A stretch of DNA of 64,000 nt from Carpediemonas membranifera BICM (Eukaryota > Protista > Fornicata). The DNA is taken from positions 66,595 through 130,594 of the forward strand of contig JAHDYR010000037.1 of the NCBI GenBank assembly GCA_019828565.1, written 5' to 3'. Numbering within the stretch: position 1 is the stretch's first letter; each line of letters opens with the position of its first letter. The notes under the pieces are model-generated. The model had not been told where the DNA came from. It searched no databases and was given only the letters and a program-made list of their open reading frames with translations. A program made the translations under genes and the position numbers. Shown here in pieces: positions 22,721-34,702 of the stretch.

Positions 22721-23950
22721 ATGGAAGGAAGCCCGCAGGAGATGGAAACAACCATGGAAGCTGTGAAGAATGCTTGGTTGTGCACCATCAGCAAGAAATC
22801 TTCCCGGAAAGCGGCCGCAAACAACCTTTCGCGGTTCGTTCAATTCGTACAACGTGAGCGAGGGAGTACCGAGGACGAAGCGCTCTCCGTGATCCGATCC
22901 GAGGAGGTTAGATCGCTTGTGCCCGGTTTTGCTGCATCATTGAACAAGGCAACCGCTGCTGTCACTCTCAGTGCCGTCAACTCATTCCGAAACTCCGGCA
23001 GAGACAATGTCAAGCCGCTTGGGCAGTTTGAGCCTGTCGCATCGGAAGCTATTGTCCGACTAGTCTTCCCCTACAATGCGCTGGCTCTTATCATCAGCCA
23101 CACGGGCATGACAGCTATTTCCGCCCGCGATATTGACATCAGTGAGCGAGCTCTTCAGCTTCCCGAAGAGCTCGCTGCCTGGATAGTATTCTCCAAGGCC
23201 TCATCCGCACTGTCTCATGTAGCGCCGAGCACCTTCTCGGAGGCTGTCAAGCAGGTCGGGCTCAGTGTCAACCAGCTTCGCTATGCGCCCCCGGTGCATG
23301 TCGATGTCAACCAGCTTAAGACGCGGGAGATTGAGAGAGAGAGACGGACTGGCAGGCCCAGAGACTTGACCAAGGTTCGGAAGGTCATTATGGACAAGCG
23401 CATCAGCCTCACCGATGATCAGTTCCGCCACCAGCTGGCAAACAGCCACCTGACGACCCTGCAGCGCCCGACGATCTTTGATCTCAACCCGGAGATCACA
23501 AGCTCTGCCGACCTGGTGCCGCCGATGCTCGATGGCTGGCTTTACAACAGGCTCAAGGCCAGAATGATCGAGCTTCACGATACTAAGAAGAAAGAGAGGC
23601 AGAGCGAGGCTGACAAGGAGGCGGAGTTCGGCTCGCTGACTCGCGAGACAGAGATGCCAGAGGGCGAGAGAGAGGGCGATACTGACGAGGAGGCGATGTC
23701 CGACGAGCCAGCTTACCAGGCAGAGTGGATGCACTACGAGGTGCCAGCTCGCGAGGAGAGCGAGGAGGGCGCCTTTGGTGAGGAGGTGGACTTATGCAAG
23801 AGTGCCGATGAGGAACCAAAGATCGACCACGACGAGCATGGCGGGGAGGTGGCGGGCAGAGATGGTGATGGGGAGATTCAAGAGAATGTGATTGATGAGG
23901 AGCGCTCAGAGAGCGATACTGCCGACAGTATCGTCTTTTCCTTCATCTGA
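22721..23950 (+). CDS. Degenerate tyrosine-recombinase-like protein with acidic tail
   Basis: SAM-like core-binding pattern (NNLSRFVQF...ATAAVTLSAVNSF). LIISHTGMT resembles box I TGxR; GLSVNQLRY resembles box II HxLR. Confidence 0.5.
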   Translation: MEGSPQEMETTMEAVKNAWLCTISKKSSRKAAANNLSRFVQFVQRERGSTEDEALSVIRSEEVRSLVPGFAASLNKATAAVTLSAVNSFRNSGRDNVKPLGQFEPVASEAIVRLVFPYNALALIISHTGMTAISARDIDISERALQLPEELAAWIVFSKASSALSHVAPSTFSEAVKQVGLSVNQLRYAPPVHVDVNQLKTREIERERRTGRPRDLTKVRKVIMDKRISLTDDQFRHQLANSHLTTLQRPTIFDLNPEITSSADLVPPMLDGWLYNRLKARMIELHDTKKKERQSEADKEAEFGSLTRETEMPEGEREGDTDEEAMSDEPAYQAEWMHYEVPAREESEEGAFGEEVDLCKSADEEPKIDHDEHGGEVAGRDGDGEIQENVIDEERSESDTADSIVFSFI

Positions 23951-24114
23951 CATTGTAAAGAGGAAGAGTTTATGATTGGAGCATAGCTGATGTCCATAAA
24001 CACCATTCATAAGCCAGTCCTGGCTTGTTTTCCACTGCTACTTCTCTCGTTGCGACGCACAGCTAGCTGTCGCGAAATGCACTTTAAGACCGAATTTCAC
24101 ACAGCTACCTGTGC

Positions 24115-25407
24115 ATGGTGTTCGAGCTAGATAGCGACAAGCTGGAGCGACTTACTTCCTTACCTGGTAATAGTAGACAATATCTGCACGACTTTGAACC
24201 TGAAAAGCTGCAGGTCGTGATCAAAGTTGATGAGCATTATGATATGGAGGTTCCCACCCTGCTAGCGCTCAAGGACAGTCCGCATGTCCTCCCTGTCGTC
24301 GATACAGGTTTTGTCGACCGTGATCCAGCCTTCATGGCTCCTTTGGTCAACTGTACCCCCTTCGCTGGCATCTGCAAGGCTCACTCCAGCGTGCAGTTCC
24401 GCTATGTTTCGCATCTGCTGCAGGCAGTATGCTACATGCATGACCACGGGGTTGTCCATTGCGATATTAAGCCAGACAACTTCCTCTTCAGCAAGAGTCA
24501 GAAGGGATACCTCATTGATTTTGGGTCTGCAATGAGGAAGCCGGCTAATGGCGACGACAGGTGGGCCATACAACTGAGATTCGCATCCGAGTATCGCGGC
24601 ACCCATGGATATTTGCCCCCAGAGCTTTTCTACGAGTACCTTGTCTCGCGCTCAGTGATTCCTGCTGCACGCGACACCTCCAAGCTCGCGCGCATGACGG
24701 CAGGGGCTCTTTCCGTCACTTCTTATGTCGTGACACCTGCATCGGACATTTACTCTTGCGGTATTGTCATTATGATGCTCGTTAACGGTCTCTCTAAGTC
24801 CCCCTTTGCCGCGAAGGTGCCTGACATGGCGCAGATCGACAACAAGAAGAAGAAAAAGATGCTGAAGCTTGGTAGCTTGCTGAACTGGTGCCAATTCTAT
24901 GGTGGGCAGTTGCAGTTGTCACCTCAGGCACAGACACATTTCAAAGATTGCCTCGAGTGTGTCAACGTGAACTCTGAGCTCCCGATTCGCGGCACCACGC
25001 CACCTACTTGTCTCAGCCTGTACGACCTGGCAATGCAGATGCTCCACTTCGACCCTGCGAAGCGTCCCACTGCTGCCGAATGTCTTGACAAGCTCAAGGT
25101 CATCATGCGCGTGCATGAATGCGTCGCCAAGCCGAGTCCGCTTCTGTTAGATGATACAGAAGAGGTCACCCTGTCTGCAGCTCAGCGAAAGAGACTGACC
25201 GACTGCTGTCAGCGAGGGTTTGAGGGTCAAGTCTTCTATCGGCGCTGCATAGTGTGTGGTAGAGAGCTTCATGGACGCGAGAACGTCAGCTGTGACACAT
25301 GCCACAAGGGATACAGGCAGGTGAGCACCAATAAGTGCGCAAAAGGTGTGCGCGGAAGACTGCACAGGCAGTTTATTGCAATGATTGAGCGGACGAAAAG
25401 AGATTGA
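24115..25407 (+). CDS. Ser/Thr protein kinase with C-terminal Cys cluster
   Basis: VVIK, HCDIKPDNFL, LIDFGSA, RGTHGYLPPE, SDIYSCG, DPAKRPTA. Confidence 0.92.
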   Translation: MVFELDSDKLERLTSLPGNSRQYLHDFEPEKLQVVIKVDEHYDMEVPTLLALKDSPHVLPVVDTGFVDRDPAFMAPLVNCTPFAGICKAHSSVQFRYVSHLLQAVCYMHDHGVVHCDIKPDNFLFSKSQKGYLIDFGSAMRKPANGDDRWAIQLRFASEYRGTHGYLPPELFYEYLVSRSVIPAARDTSKLARMTAGALSVTSYVVTPASDIYSCGIVIMMLVNGLSKSPFAAKVPDMAQIDNKKKKKMLKLGSLLNWCQFYGGQLQLSPQAQTHFKDCLECVNVNSELPIRGTTPPTCLSLYDLAMQMLHFDPAKRPTAAECLDKLKVIMRVHECVAKPSPLLLDDTEEVTLSAAQRKRLTDCCQRGFEGQVFYRRCIVCGRELHGRENVSCDTCHKGYRQVSTNKCAKGVRGRLHRQFIAMIERTKRD

Positions 25408-25417
25408 TACTTTCTGT

Positions 25418-25465
25418 CATACTGTTAGAATGGCCAGTTAATCCGGGGATATACGGAGGATAAAC
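25418..25465 (+). repeat. Left TIR of B
   Basis: catactgttagaatggccagttaatccggggatatacggaggataaac. Confidence 0.95.
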
Positions 25466-25689
25466 ACCCTTTTGCACAAGAAACTGCAAGAAAAAATGAG
25501 ATTCACCCGTATCTTTTTCACTATTTCACACGTTTCACCAACGTTTGTGAAACGTAGAGAAACGTGCGGAAGGTACGGGTAAGTCTCATTTTTGCTTGCA
25601 TACGACGTGCTAGGGGCATTCTTGTGATTCGTAGGTAGGTGCTGATGTTGCATAACCATTCATTGCTTATTCAAAGTGATAATAACGTG

Positions 25690-25917
25690 CTAGTGGTCTT
25701 TAAGTTGCTGTATTACATCTATAAACATATCTCCTATCTCTTCCAGAACGTGTTGTGTGTCATTCAGCCTCTCATTCACCAACCCCTCGCAATTCAGCCC
25801 AGTGATGTGATTTCGTATTTCTCGAACAGAATCTTGTATCTTGCCGACTTCATGGAGGCAACTGGTCATATGATTAAGCCTTTCGTTCGTGGATAACCGG
25901 AACATTGTCGTCAACAC
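25690..25917 (-). CDS. Small coiled-coil protein (B)
   Basis: Homolog of A 10413-10637 and 29513-29737. Confidence 0.7.
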   Translation of the reverse strand: MLTTMFRLSTNERLNHMTSCLHEVGKIQDSVREIRNHITGLNCEGLVNERLNDTQHVLEEIGDMFIDVIQQLKDH

Positions 25918-25939
25918 CTGCGCAGTTTAAGATGAGAAT

Positions 25940-27160
25940 ATGACGACCAGTGAAACTGCGAAGAAAGCTGAGATTTCGCAGGGCACGTCTTGCGGATCGG
26001 ATAAGAGAACAGAGTACCGCCGGCTGTTCGTGACTAGCTTCCTGGAATGCTTTTTCGACGTCGCGGACATCCCAACTATCGGTCTGACGACCTCTGACGT
26101 TCATCGCGCTCTCCTTGGCATGCAGGATGTGATATCGGGCCTCTGCAACGGCTTTCGCAAGATTGCTATTGCAAACTCCGTCAGGCGCACGACTACTGAG
26201 CCCATTCAGGCATTTGTGGCAAGTAGAAAGGGTGGCACAGAGCTCATTGGCACAAAGATACCCTACCTGGTTGTCAGAGACAGAGCAAATGCAGCTGAAC
26301 ACTTGCAGGAGTTTAGAAACAGGATGTCTGTGCTGTTTCGGGGACTTGGACTCCACGATGTCTCCAGTCTGATCACTTGCACCGGCATTCAATGGCCTCC
26401 AGCCGTTGTAATCAGGATCAAGCATCGCAAGCTCCAGCCTGAGCCACGTACCCCAGCAGAAACACCCGCAGAGACACCCACAAAGACTCCAGTGACAACA
26501 TTGGTACCAAAGCTCAGAAAAAGAGCTGACTTGGCTACCATCAAGCCTGATTCCCCCGTCAAGAAGCTTAATTTTGATGCGCAGATGCATGAGCCTGCTC
26601 AGAAGCGATCGAGGCTCGAAGAGGCTGACTTGAAGGAGGTTGCCGCGATGGTGACGGCTTCACTCTCCACAACTGTCACTGATCTCCTCAAGCAGTCACC
26701 CAAGGCCGTTGAAATGAACGATAAGGTCCCCGACCTCAAGCAAGCGACGTTTCTGAAGCTATATCAGCGTAAGTTACTGTTCGCATGCGCTGTTTGTGCC
26801 TCACCTGAATGGTACTTCAACCCAAACATGAAAAGAAACGAGTATGAAACATGCTATCTCTGCCATCAGTTCATGCATCTTCAGTGTGTCAGAGAGAAGA
26901 GGATTGATGGTAAGAACAGAAAGGTTTGCGCAGCTTGCAGTCTGGCAGGAAGGTCTAACAGATGTCACGCGTGTATCAAGGACGGAGACAAGTCGACAAA
27001 GGACACTGGCGTCTGCCGGGCGTGCCTAAACTGGTTCTGCGAAGAGAAACACTTCAGCTATGCTGAGTTCCATCTCGACGGCCAGGACTATCGTGTCAGG
27101 TTCTGCGACCAGTGTATGACTGTCTACCAGAAGGTGGCGGATATGAAGCCAATTGAGTAA
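25940..27160 (+). CDS. Tandem PHD-like zinc-finger protein (B)
   Basis: CAVC..CYLCHQFMHLQC..CAAC plus a second Cys cluster. Confidence 0.82.
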   Translation: MTTSETAKKAEISQGTSCGSDKRTEYRRLFVTSFLECFFDVADIPTIGLTTSDVHRALLGMQDVISGLCNGFRKIAIANSVRRTTTEPIQAFVASRKGGTELIGTKIPYLVVRDRANAAEHLQEFRNRMSVLFRGLGLHDVSSLITCTGIQWPPAVVIRIKHRKLQPEPRTPAETPAETPTKTPVTTLVPKLRKRADLATIKPDSPVKKLNFDAQMHEPAQKRSRLEEADLKEVAAMVTASLSTTVTDLLKQSPKAVEMNDKVPDLKQATFLKLYQRKLLFACAVCASPEWYFNPNMKRNEYETCYLCHQFMHLQCVREKRIDGKNRKVCAACSLAGRSNRCHACIKDGDKSTKDTGVCRACLNWFCEEKHFSYAEFHLDGQDYRVRFCDQCMTVYQKVADMKPIE

Positions 27161-27183
27161 GTTAAATAGGGAGATTTTGAACT

Positions 27184-28281
27184 TTAAGTGTCTTCCAGTG
27201 CCGCTCTGTGCGCAACTGTCATCTCAGTAATGTAGCGCGCGGCCATAACATCCGCCGGAGATCTCTGCAGTGGTCTATATGCAAGTACCTCAGAAACAAG
27301 GTCGACCATCTCGGGAAGAGGGATTGGCGTGCGGAACTGAGTGGCTGTGAGGATCTCAATCGCGCCCGGGGTTATGGACATTGATCCATTCGCGATAACC
27401 CGTCTCCCTGCTGTGCCAGGTGCGAGCCCATAGCCGGAGAAGTAACGCGAGACGAAGTGGAGCGGGTTGTCCATGCATGTAGTGCGGTAGAGCCAAAAGC
27501 AGTCCTGCAGGACGAGTTCGTTGGCAAGCATTTTCTCCGGAGTGAGAATGATGCACGTATGCTCGTATGCCTGGGTCGAAATGGACTGCTTAAGCAGAGA
27601 GAACTCGCTATTGTCCGCTCCGGTACAGGTGGCGAAGTAGATGAGCCGAACCCGGCTGGTGGTGACGAGGGATGGCTCACGGAAAGCGAAGAGGATCATC
27701 TGTACGATATCGTGAAGGTACAGGAACTCGTTAGCGCTCGCATTAACGATCATTCTCGACGTTGTGGTCTCGCTGTGGCCAGAAACAACCCAGAATGTCT
27801 CGAAATTGGCGAATTCTGCAGCCAACTGTTGCAGTATGGAGCCGAGGTGGGTCGTCGAGACGAAACTGACGGCAACCGTGGTGAGCCATTCGTCGCTGAC
27901 GAGATCGAGGATGGCCTTCATGCGCTTGTGGTACCCCTCGGAGCCAGCAAGCCCGGTGACAGTGAAGACCGGGTTCGCACAAGTAGGTGCTTCGAAGCCA
28001 TGGACTGGCTCGAGCAGGATAACGATGCGGCGGTTCACAAGCTTGCTCAGGGTGAAGGGGCAGTCATGTGTGTACCTGATTCCGTCATATTCCTTCAGGC
28101 CCTGGTTGCGAAGGTCAGAACGCGGCCTAGTGATTCCACAGACGCATTCATACGTGAGAGGATGGTCGCTGATGCGTCTGGTACCGAATTTGCCAAATTT
28201 CCTCTCCATTTGGCAACTACCACTTTTTTTCCAACACTGGTAGTTGGCCGAACCAGCTATAGGGAAGGATATGGACCACAA
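27184..28281 (-). CDS. Zn-finger plus caspase/CHAT-like His-Cys protein (B)
   Basis: Strong similarity to 7985-9058; SGHS and FATCTG conserved. Confidence 0.6.
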   Translation of the reverse strand: MWSISFPIAGSANYQCWKKSGSCQMERKFGKFGTRRISDHPLTYECVCGITRPRSDLRNQGLKEYDGIRYTHDCPFTLSKLVNRRIVILLEPVHGFEAPTCANPVFTVTGLAGSEGYHKRMKAILDLVSDEWLTTVAVSFVSTTHLGSILQQLAAEFANFETFWVVSGHSETTTSRMIVNASANEFLYLHDIVQMILFAFREPSLVTTSRVRLIYFATCTGADNSEFSLLKQSISTQAYEHTCIILTPEKMLANELVLQDCFWLYRTTCMDNPLHFVSRYFSGYGLAPGTAGRRVIANGSMSITPGAIEILTATQFRTPIPLPEMVDLVSEVLAYRPLQRSPADVMAARYITEMTVAHRAALEDT

Positions 28282-28394
28282 TAAGCAAGCATTCTGGTGT
28301 TACAGATAAGATATTGTATGTGTGTCCTTTACGGTGTGAGACGGCCCCATCAATCCCGAGAAATACCGCGTGTCCGTTTGCAAAAAAAAATCAG

Positions 28395-29204
28395 ATGGCG
28401 AGAAGAAAGGCGCTCCCACCAAAGCCGCAGCCTGGGGGTATCAGAATACCCATTACGTCCACTGCGGGCAAGACGCCGCCGTCTGCGCCTTCAAATGATT
28501 CTCAGGAGGATTCCTCAAGCGAAGATTCCATCATTGAATCCGTTGTGCATACTCAGGCACTGCATCCGGATCTGGTCGCCGCGATCTACCCAAACACTCC
28601 CGAGGAGTCGATCAGGGGAGCTTAAGGAGGCCGAGAAGGACCTTACTCCCCTCGAACCCCCGAGTTGGTTATCCACCCGGCTGACCCACCCCTCCATTGC
28701 CGTTGAGGTGCAGCCTTGTCTGGCTCCCGACCACACGGACGTGGGTAGAGGCCTCATTGCAACTGCCGCAATTGAGCCCGGAAAGCTCCTCGGCATTTAC
28801 GCCGGTAGGATTGTGTCCGACGAGGACTACCACGCGAATAACAGCAACATGGTGTTTGTTCATTGTTCATTATGCCTTTACACAGCATTTCATTCGACGC
28901 TAGCAACCTTCACGTCGACGCAGGCGAAGGTGAAGGCATTGGTGTACACCTCATCAACCACAGTGAGAGTGACACCAACTGCCAGTTCACCAACCGTTTG
29001 CTCAAGGACCTTCCAGTCCTTGCGGTTGAGTCGACGAACGTCATTCAGGCCGAAGAGTTTCTTCGTATCAGTTACGGCGAGATCTTCTTTGATGCGGGTG
29101 AGGTCTTAACCATTGCTAGGTTCCCGAGTCTGCCCATTTCTCATCCGAACTATCTCACAAGGTTCCTGGAGCAGTATCCGGCACTCAAGAAGCGGAAGAA
29201 ATGA
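28395..29204 (+). CDS. SET-domain methyltransferase (B, frameshifted)
   Basis: MARRK start; VGRGLIAT, GIYAGRIV, LINHS..NC, EEFLRISYG. Confidence 0.85.
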
Positions 29205-29229
29205 ATTAAAATGTCAAAACATCTCTTTT

Positions 29230-29358
29230 TTACTCGGGAACTCCACGCTTAACGTCCTCGGCATCAACAACTCTCTTTTCGCGATCCTTATCGACTGCCT
29301 TGCGCTTGATATAAGTCGTATGAGCCTTTCTCTTACCACCCTTTGAACGTTTGCGGAC
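29230..29358 (-). pseudogene. Displaced 3' end (42 codons) of the B OTU gene
   Basis: Removing A and one AA copy restores ...EHATLF-VRKRSK...GVPE* in frame. Confidence 0.85.
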
Positions 29359-29360
29359 AA

Positions 29361-29410
29361 CATACTGTAAGAATGGCTAGAGTCTCCCGGGAGATACCCT
29401 GGAGATACTC
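29361..29410 (+). repeat. Left TIR of A
   Basis: catactgtaagaatggctagagtctcccgggagataccctggagatactc. Confidence 0.95.
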
Positions 29411-29512
29411 CAAAAAGTGCAAGAAAAAATGAGATTCACTAGAATCTGTTTCACATTTCACATATTTCACAAGAATATGTGAAATGAGAAGCAAAGCTAG
29501 TGAATGTCATTT

Positions 29513-29737
29513 TTACTTGTCCCTCATCGTCTGTATGGCATCTATAAACAAATCACGTATCTCTTGCAGCAGAAACTCTGTGTCATTCACCCTTTTGTTG
29601 ATTTCTTCTTCCTTTCGCAAGCCCTGAGCAGTTTTTCGGATTATTTTGTAAGAATCTTGTACTTTGGCAACTTCCACGAGCCCTGACGTTACCGTTTCTA
29701 CCTTTTGGTGGCTAGTTGCTCGAATCATGATCGACAA
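29513..29737 (-). CDS. Small coiled-coil protein (A copy 2)
   Basis: Same protein as 10413-10637. Confidence 0.7.
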   Translation of the reverse strand: MSIMIRATSHQKVETVTSGLVEVAKVQDSYKIIRKTAQGLRKEEEINKRVNDTEFLLQEIRDLFIDAIQTMRDK

Positions 29738-29823
29738 ATGTCGCAGTTTTAGGTATTGTCAATGCCAGGAGTCTACGTAAATAGACAAATGTAACAACGT
29801 AAACAGCTTGGATAGAAATTCTC

Positions 29824-31048
29824 ATGAATTCAGAAGTGTCTGTACCAGAACCTATTGCTGCTACGCCCCCCATCAGACAGTATGGCAACAGTAAGCTCGC
29901 AAATCTCCGTCGTTCATTTGTTACAGCCGTTGTTTCTTCAGTATTTGAGGACGACGAGGCAACTGACCTCGGCTTGAGTGCACGCGACATCCATAAGGTA
30001 CTTCTGGAGGTCCAGCGCAGGGTCGCCGCCGAATGCCCTGGGTTCAAGTCAATTGAACTCCGGGAACAGGTCAGGCGGACGACTGTTGTCGGCGTTACTA
30101 CGTTTATAACAGCAGTTAGACCCTCTGCGGAGTACAATGGCTCTGTCATGCAGCACATTGCTGTCCGTAGTCAGCCCTGCCATGCCGAGTTCCGCCAGAT
30201 GCTCTCAGAAGTTCTCTCAGATGCTGGACTGAACGATGTTTCCGACTCAATCAGCCTTGAGAACTTGCCTGTGATCAACCGGGTGAGATATAAGCCTGTC
30301 AAGCAAAAGGCAACGGTCAAATCGACCCCCGACTACGATGATCAAGGCAGAGATCCCACCGATACGGTCGACTACGCAACTGTCTTCACTTGGTGTTGGT
30401 GATGAAGCAGACACACCTCAGTCAACGACAGATCGATCGGTGCCGGTTCGGAAGAAGATCGTCTTTGACGACGAGGAAGCCAAGCGACCCAGGCTTGGTG
30501 ACGACGATCTGCAGCAGGTGTCTAACAACGTGTCCGATGCTGTTGTTGACCGTATTAAGGTCCTGATCAACGACGTTGTCTCAGAGACCCGTGTGAGAGA
30601 CCCGCCTACCGAACCCGAGACATGTAAGACGACTTTCCTTAGCCTTCATCAGCGCAAAATGCTGTTTGGATGTCTTGTGTGTGGTACCCCCGAGTGGTTC
30701 TTCAATCCAGACGGCACTACGTTCAGGAGATGCTGTGCTTGCAAAGGTTTCCTGCACGAGCAATGTGTCAGGACGAAGGGCAAGAAGGACTACTGTCCCG
30801 CGTGCTATATTACCGGCTCTAGCAACAAGTGCCAGGCGTGCAAAAAGGGCCTAAGATCCAAGAACACGAAGAAAGCAGAAGAACAGGCTTCTACTCTTCT
30901 TTGCTGCCGAGGCTGTCACTGGTGGTACTGTGAGCATTGCTCTGAGGAAGTGCAGTACACCATTGATGGCAAGTTGTACATCGTTCCCCTCTGCAGCAAA
31001 TGTAAGGTTGTCTATAAGCGAGTAGAGGGCATGAGACCGATTGTTTAG
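29824..31048 (+). CDS. Tandem PHD-like protein (A copy 2, frameshifted)
   Basis: Copy of 9102-10326. Confidence 0.8.
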
Positions 31049-31091
31049 TGTTTAGTGAGAGATGATCATAAATTGTATATATATCTGTTTA

Positions 31092-32168
31092 CTACACGTC
31101 TCTCTCAAGCGCACGGGTCATCATGCTTATGTATCGATCATTCATAAGTCTTCTCTGGTCGGTTCTTAACGGGTCATACTCGTTGACATCAGAAACGATG
31201 TCTTGCATTTCAGGAAGAGGAATGGGCCGGGCATAGCTAGTCTCAGACATGATGACCCTGGCCTCGTTGGGAAATGACAAGGAACCATTGGCTATAATCC
31301 GTCTTCCTGCTGAGCCAGGCGCGAAACGATAGCCAGAGAAGTACTTCGTCAGAAAGAAAAGAGGATTGTCGAGGCATGTCACGCGGTAGAGCCAATAGGC
31401 GTCCTGGAGAACAAGCTCATGCGCCAGAACCTTCTCAGGAGTGAGGATAATGCATGTGTTCTTGTACTTGGCTGTCGAAATAGCACTGCACAGCTGAGAC
31501 TCCTCAGATCTGTCGAGTCCGGAGCAGGTGGCAAAGTAAATCAGACGCACACGCGTCGATCTCACCAAGGAAGGGCTCTCGAATGACCTGAGGATGAGCT
31601 GGACCAGATCATGGTGATACAGAAACTCGTTCGTAGACGTATCAATGATCATACGCGACGTTTCTGTATCAGAATGACCCGATATCACCCAGTAAGTGTC
31701 GAAGTTAGAGTACTGCGACGCCAACTCCCTCAAGTACCTCGGCCAGATGGGACGTAGACTTAAAGGTGCGGGCAACGGCAGTCAGCCACTCATCATCAAC
31801 GAGCTCTAGAGCCGTCTTGAGCTTGAAATGATAGCCAGATGAGTTGGCAAGACTTTCCACGCGGAAGACGGGGTAGGGCTGAGTCGGGGTCTCGAAACCA
31901 TGCAGCGGCTCGATGGTGATTAGCACCCGTCGGTTAATCAACTTCTCTGTTGTAAAAGGACACTCGTGAGAGGAAGAAGACTTGAAACCGATCCCGCGAT
32001 GTCCACGCCTGAGCTGAACCTTACCACAGACACATTCAAAGACTTCTTGGTCCTTACTGATGCGTCGCGTGCCGAATTCTCCGTATTTCTCGTCCATTTG
32101 CAATGTGCCATTTTTTTTTCATGAATGGCACATTTTGATTTGAAGCAAAGGACAAGCTTTTGATCCAA
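31092..32168 (-). CDS. Caspase/CHAT-like protein (A copy 2, frameshifted)
   Basis: Copy of 7985-9058. Confidence 0.6.
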
Positions 32169-32292
32169 GTAAAGAGGTATACCTTCATTGCTACACTATT
32201 TATGCATGCTACTGCAGCATTGTTCGGATCTGATCAGCGATGCGCCTGTTCTTCGGATCGGGAGTTGCGAGAAAAAAAAAGAGAACGAAGAT

Positions 32293-33297
32293 ATGGCGAG
32301 AAGAAAGATGCCCGCAAGGAAGCAGCAACCGGTAGGTAAGAGAAGGACTCAAAATCCACCCAACAAGACTTTTTGAGTCATCTGCTTCTCCGCAGGATCA
32401 ACGTCCTGCGGAAACGACTGTAACGGCAGCATCACCTCCTCCTCCGCCTCCCGAGTCGCCCGAGGATGGTAAGGAGCAAGATTCTCCTCCTCCTCCGCCT
32501 CCCGAGTCGCCTTCCCATTCATCCAGCTCGTCTGAAGCCGAGGAGGACTCCGTCGAGGGGTCCGTCATGCACGTCCACCCTAGGTGGACGCATGTTTACC
32601 CGGGTTCAGACCTGCAGGACGTCAAGCGGCTGATTTCGGATGAGATAAGCCTTCAGGCCATTCCTGCTCCGGCCTGGATCTCATCCGAGACCCGTTGCGA
32701 CCCCCCGTCTGACCCAGGAGCCCGACCATCCGGCCCTCAATCGGACGCAGAGCGTCGGCCGAGGCATGATTGCCACTGAGGATATCTCAGCTGGCACATG
32801 TCTCGGCATATACTTCGGGAAGCTGATTCCCGATGCTGAGACGGCCAGCAACAACGGCCAGATGGTGTTTGTTTCGCATATTCCATTACCATTACACAGC
32901 ATGTCATTCGCTGACAGTCAGGTCGCCGTCGATGCCATGTCGGCCGCAGCGGGTGTCCACCTGATTAACCACAGCCCTGACGATGTCAACTGTGAGTTCG
33001 TGGACGTCTTGGTGGATGGCCTGCCAGTGATATCGGTCAGGGCCACTGCCAACATCGTTCGCGGCGAGTTCTTGCGCATCGATTATGGCGAGACCTACTT
33101 TGAGGCCGATGAAGAGGAGCACCCGGTTGCTCGCTTCAAGAGTCTCGCCATAGATGACCCTCACTACCTCGCTCGAAAGGTGGAGCAGTTCAAAAATACT
33201 GCAGGTCAAGCCGCAGCCCCGCAAGCGGAAGACCAAGTCCAACCCCGCCCGTAAGCGCTTCCACACTGCGCGCATGACTCAAGGCAAGAGTGAATAA
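32293..33297 (+). CDS. SET methyltransferase (A copy 2, frameshifted)
   Basis: Copy of 6860-7862. Confidence 0.85.
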
Positions 33298-33327
33298 ACT
33301 TGAAGAGATATCAATTCAATCAATCAT

Positions 33328-34702
33328 TTATGAGCGGGTGACATCCTCCGGACGAGTAGCACGCTTCTCGGGCTCTGCGGCAGCTGCCTTGCGCTTGCGG
33401 TCCGGAAGACTGTAGACACAGGCATGACGATTCTCGATGACGATGAACTGAGTGAGCTTCATGCTCTCACAAAGACCTAAGATCTTGTCCAGCGTCGCAT
33501 CCTGGATGGGCAAGAACTCTGAATCTTCCCAACCTTTGTGGACCCAGAGGCAGGTAAGGTCCTCGTCGATCTGGGTGATGATTACCGGAGTGTGACTCAG
33601 CTCTACACTGGCCTGGATGGCCTCATGGTCTGCCCAGGGGAAAGGGGAGCCAGGCATCTCAGAGAACGGGTCGCCCTCGAACCCCTTGCCCTCACAGAAG
33701 GATCGGATGTCCTCGTACAGCTGAAGCTTCTCACCAACAGTAGGCTGGGACCCAGTCCTGATGAGATGCATGGCGCTGAGAATGCATGAGCCATCCCCAG
33801 GCACCTCAGACCGCTTCAGAGAGCTTGTATCGTTCTTAAACTTCTTAGCGGTCTTCTCCATGATGGTCTGGACGTCATCTTTGGGGTCTGCGGCCACCAA
33901 AGCCTCCCGATCCAGGTCTATGACCTCAGCCTCCTTCTTCAAGGGCACAAGCTTCTCCGTCTCGAGCTTTTCAATCTTGGCCCGGGCTCGCCAAAGCTCC
34001 CTCTTCAAATCACGGATCGCACCGTTGTGTTCCACGGCAAGATGGCGGCGCAGGAGGCGCGATGTGCCACTTCAGGGTACTTCTGTGGACGGGAGAGTCC
34101 ATCAGAAGCGCGTCCAGGTGCCTTATCCGGTCGAACTGCACGTCGACCGGGTCCGACAGCTCAGGCTCGGCGTTGTTCTTGAACGAACGGACGACCCCCG
34201 ACCTTCCTGGCTTCACCTTGCGCATTATGCGCTCACGGAGCAGCGAAAGGACTGAATAAGCAGGAGTTATTTGGAGTACTTACCTCCAACGTCGTGCTCG
34301 TGATCCGAAGACACTTCTCGGCGGACCTTCTGGACAAGGCTGTCGTAGGCATGATCTCCCATGACCTTCTTCAGCTCAGCCGATGTCGTGATCAGCTCAA
34401 GCTGAGCCTCGGCAGTTTCTCTTAGGTGCAGGATAAGGTGAGGCGACCTGAAGAGCTTGCGAAGCGTTTTCCAGCCAATATCTGTGTAAAAAGGTATGGG
34501 GAAAGTACTTACGATCACGAAGAAGGGCGGTGAGGATCTTGTCATCGGGCAGAAGGAACTTACGAAGAAGTGAGCACTTGATCATCTCCTGCGCGTTTGA
34601 TGAGGCCTGACTGATCTCAGCGCTGTCATAGAAGATAAAGAACTGCTTACCAAACGTTTTCGAACGCTTCAAGAGCATGTAGAAGTCGAAAACCGATTGC
34701 AT
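33328..34702 (-). CDS. OTU-like protease (A copy 2, spliced)
   Basis: Copy of 5455-6829. Confidence 0.72.
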
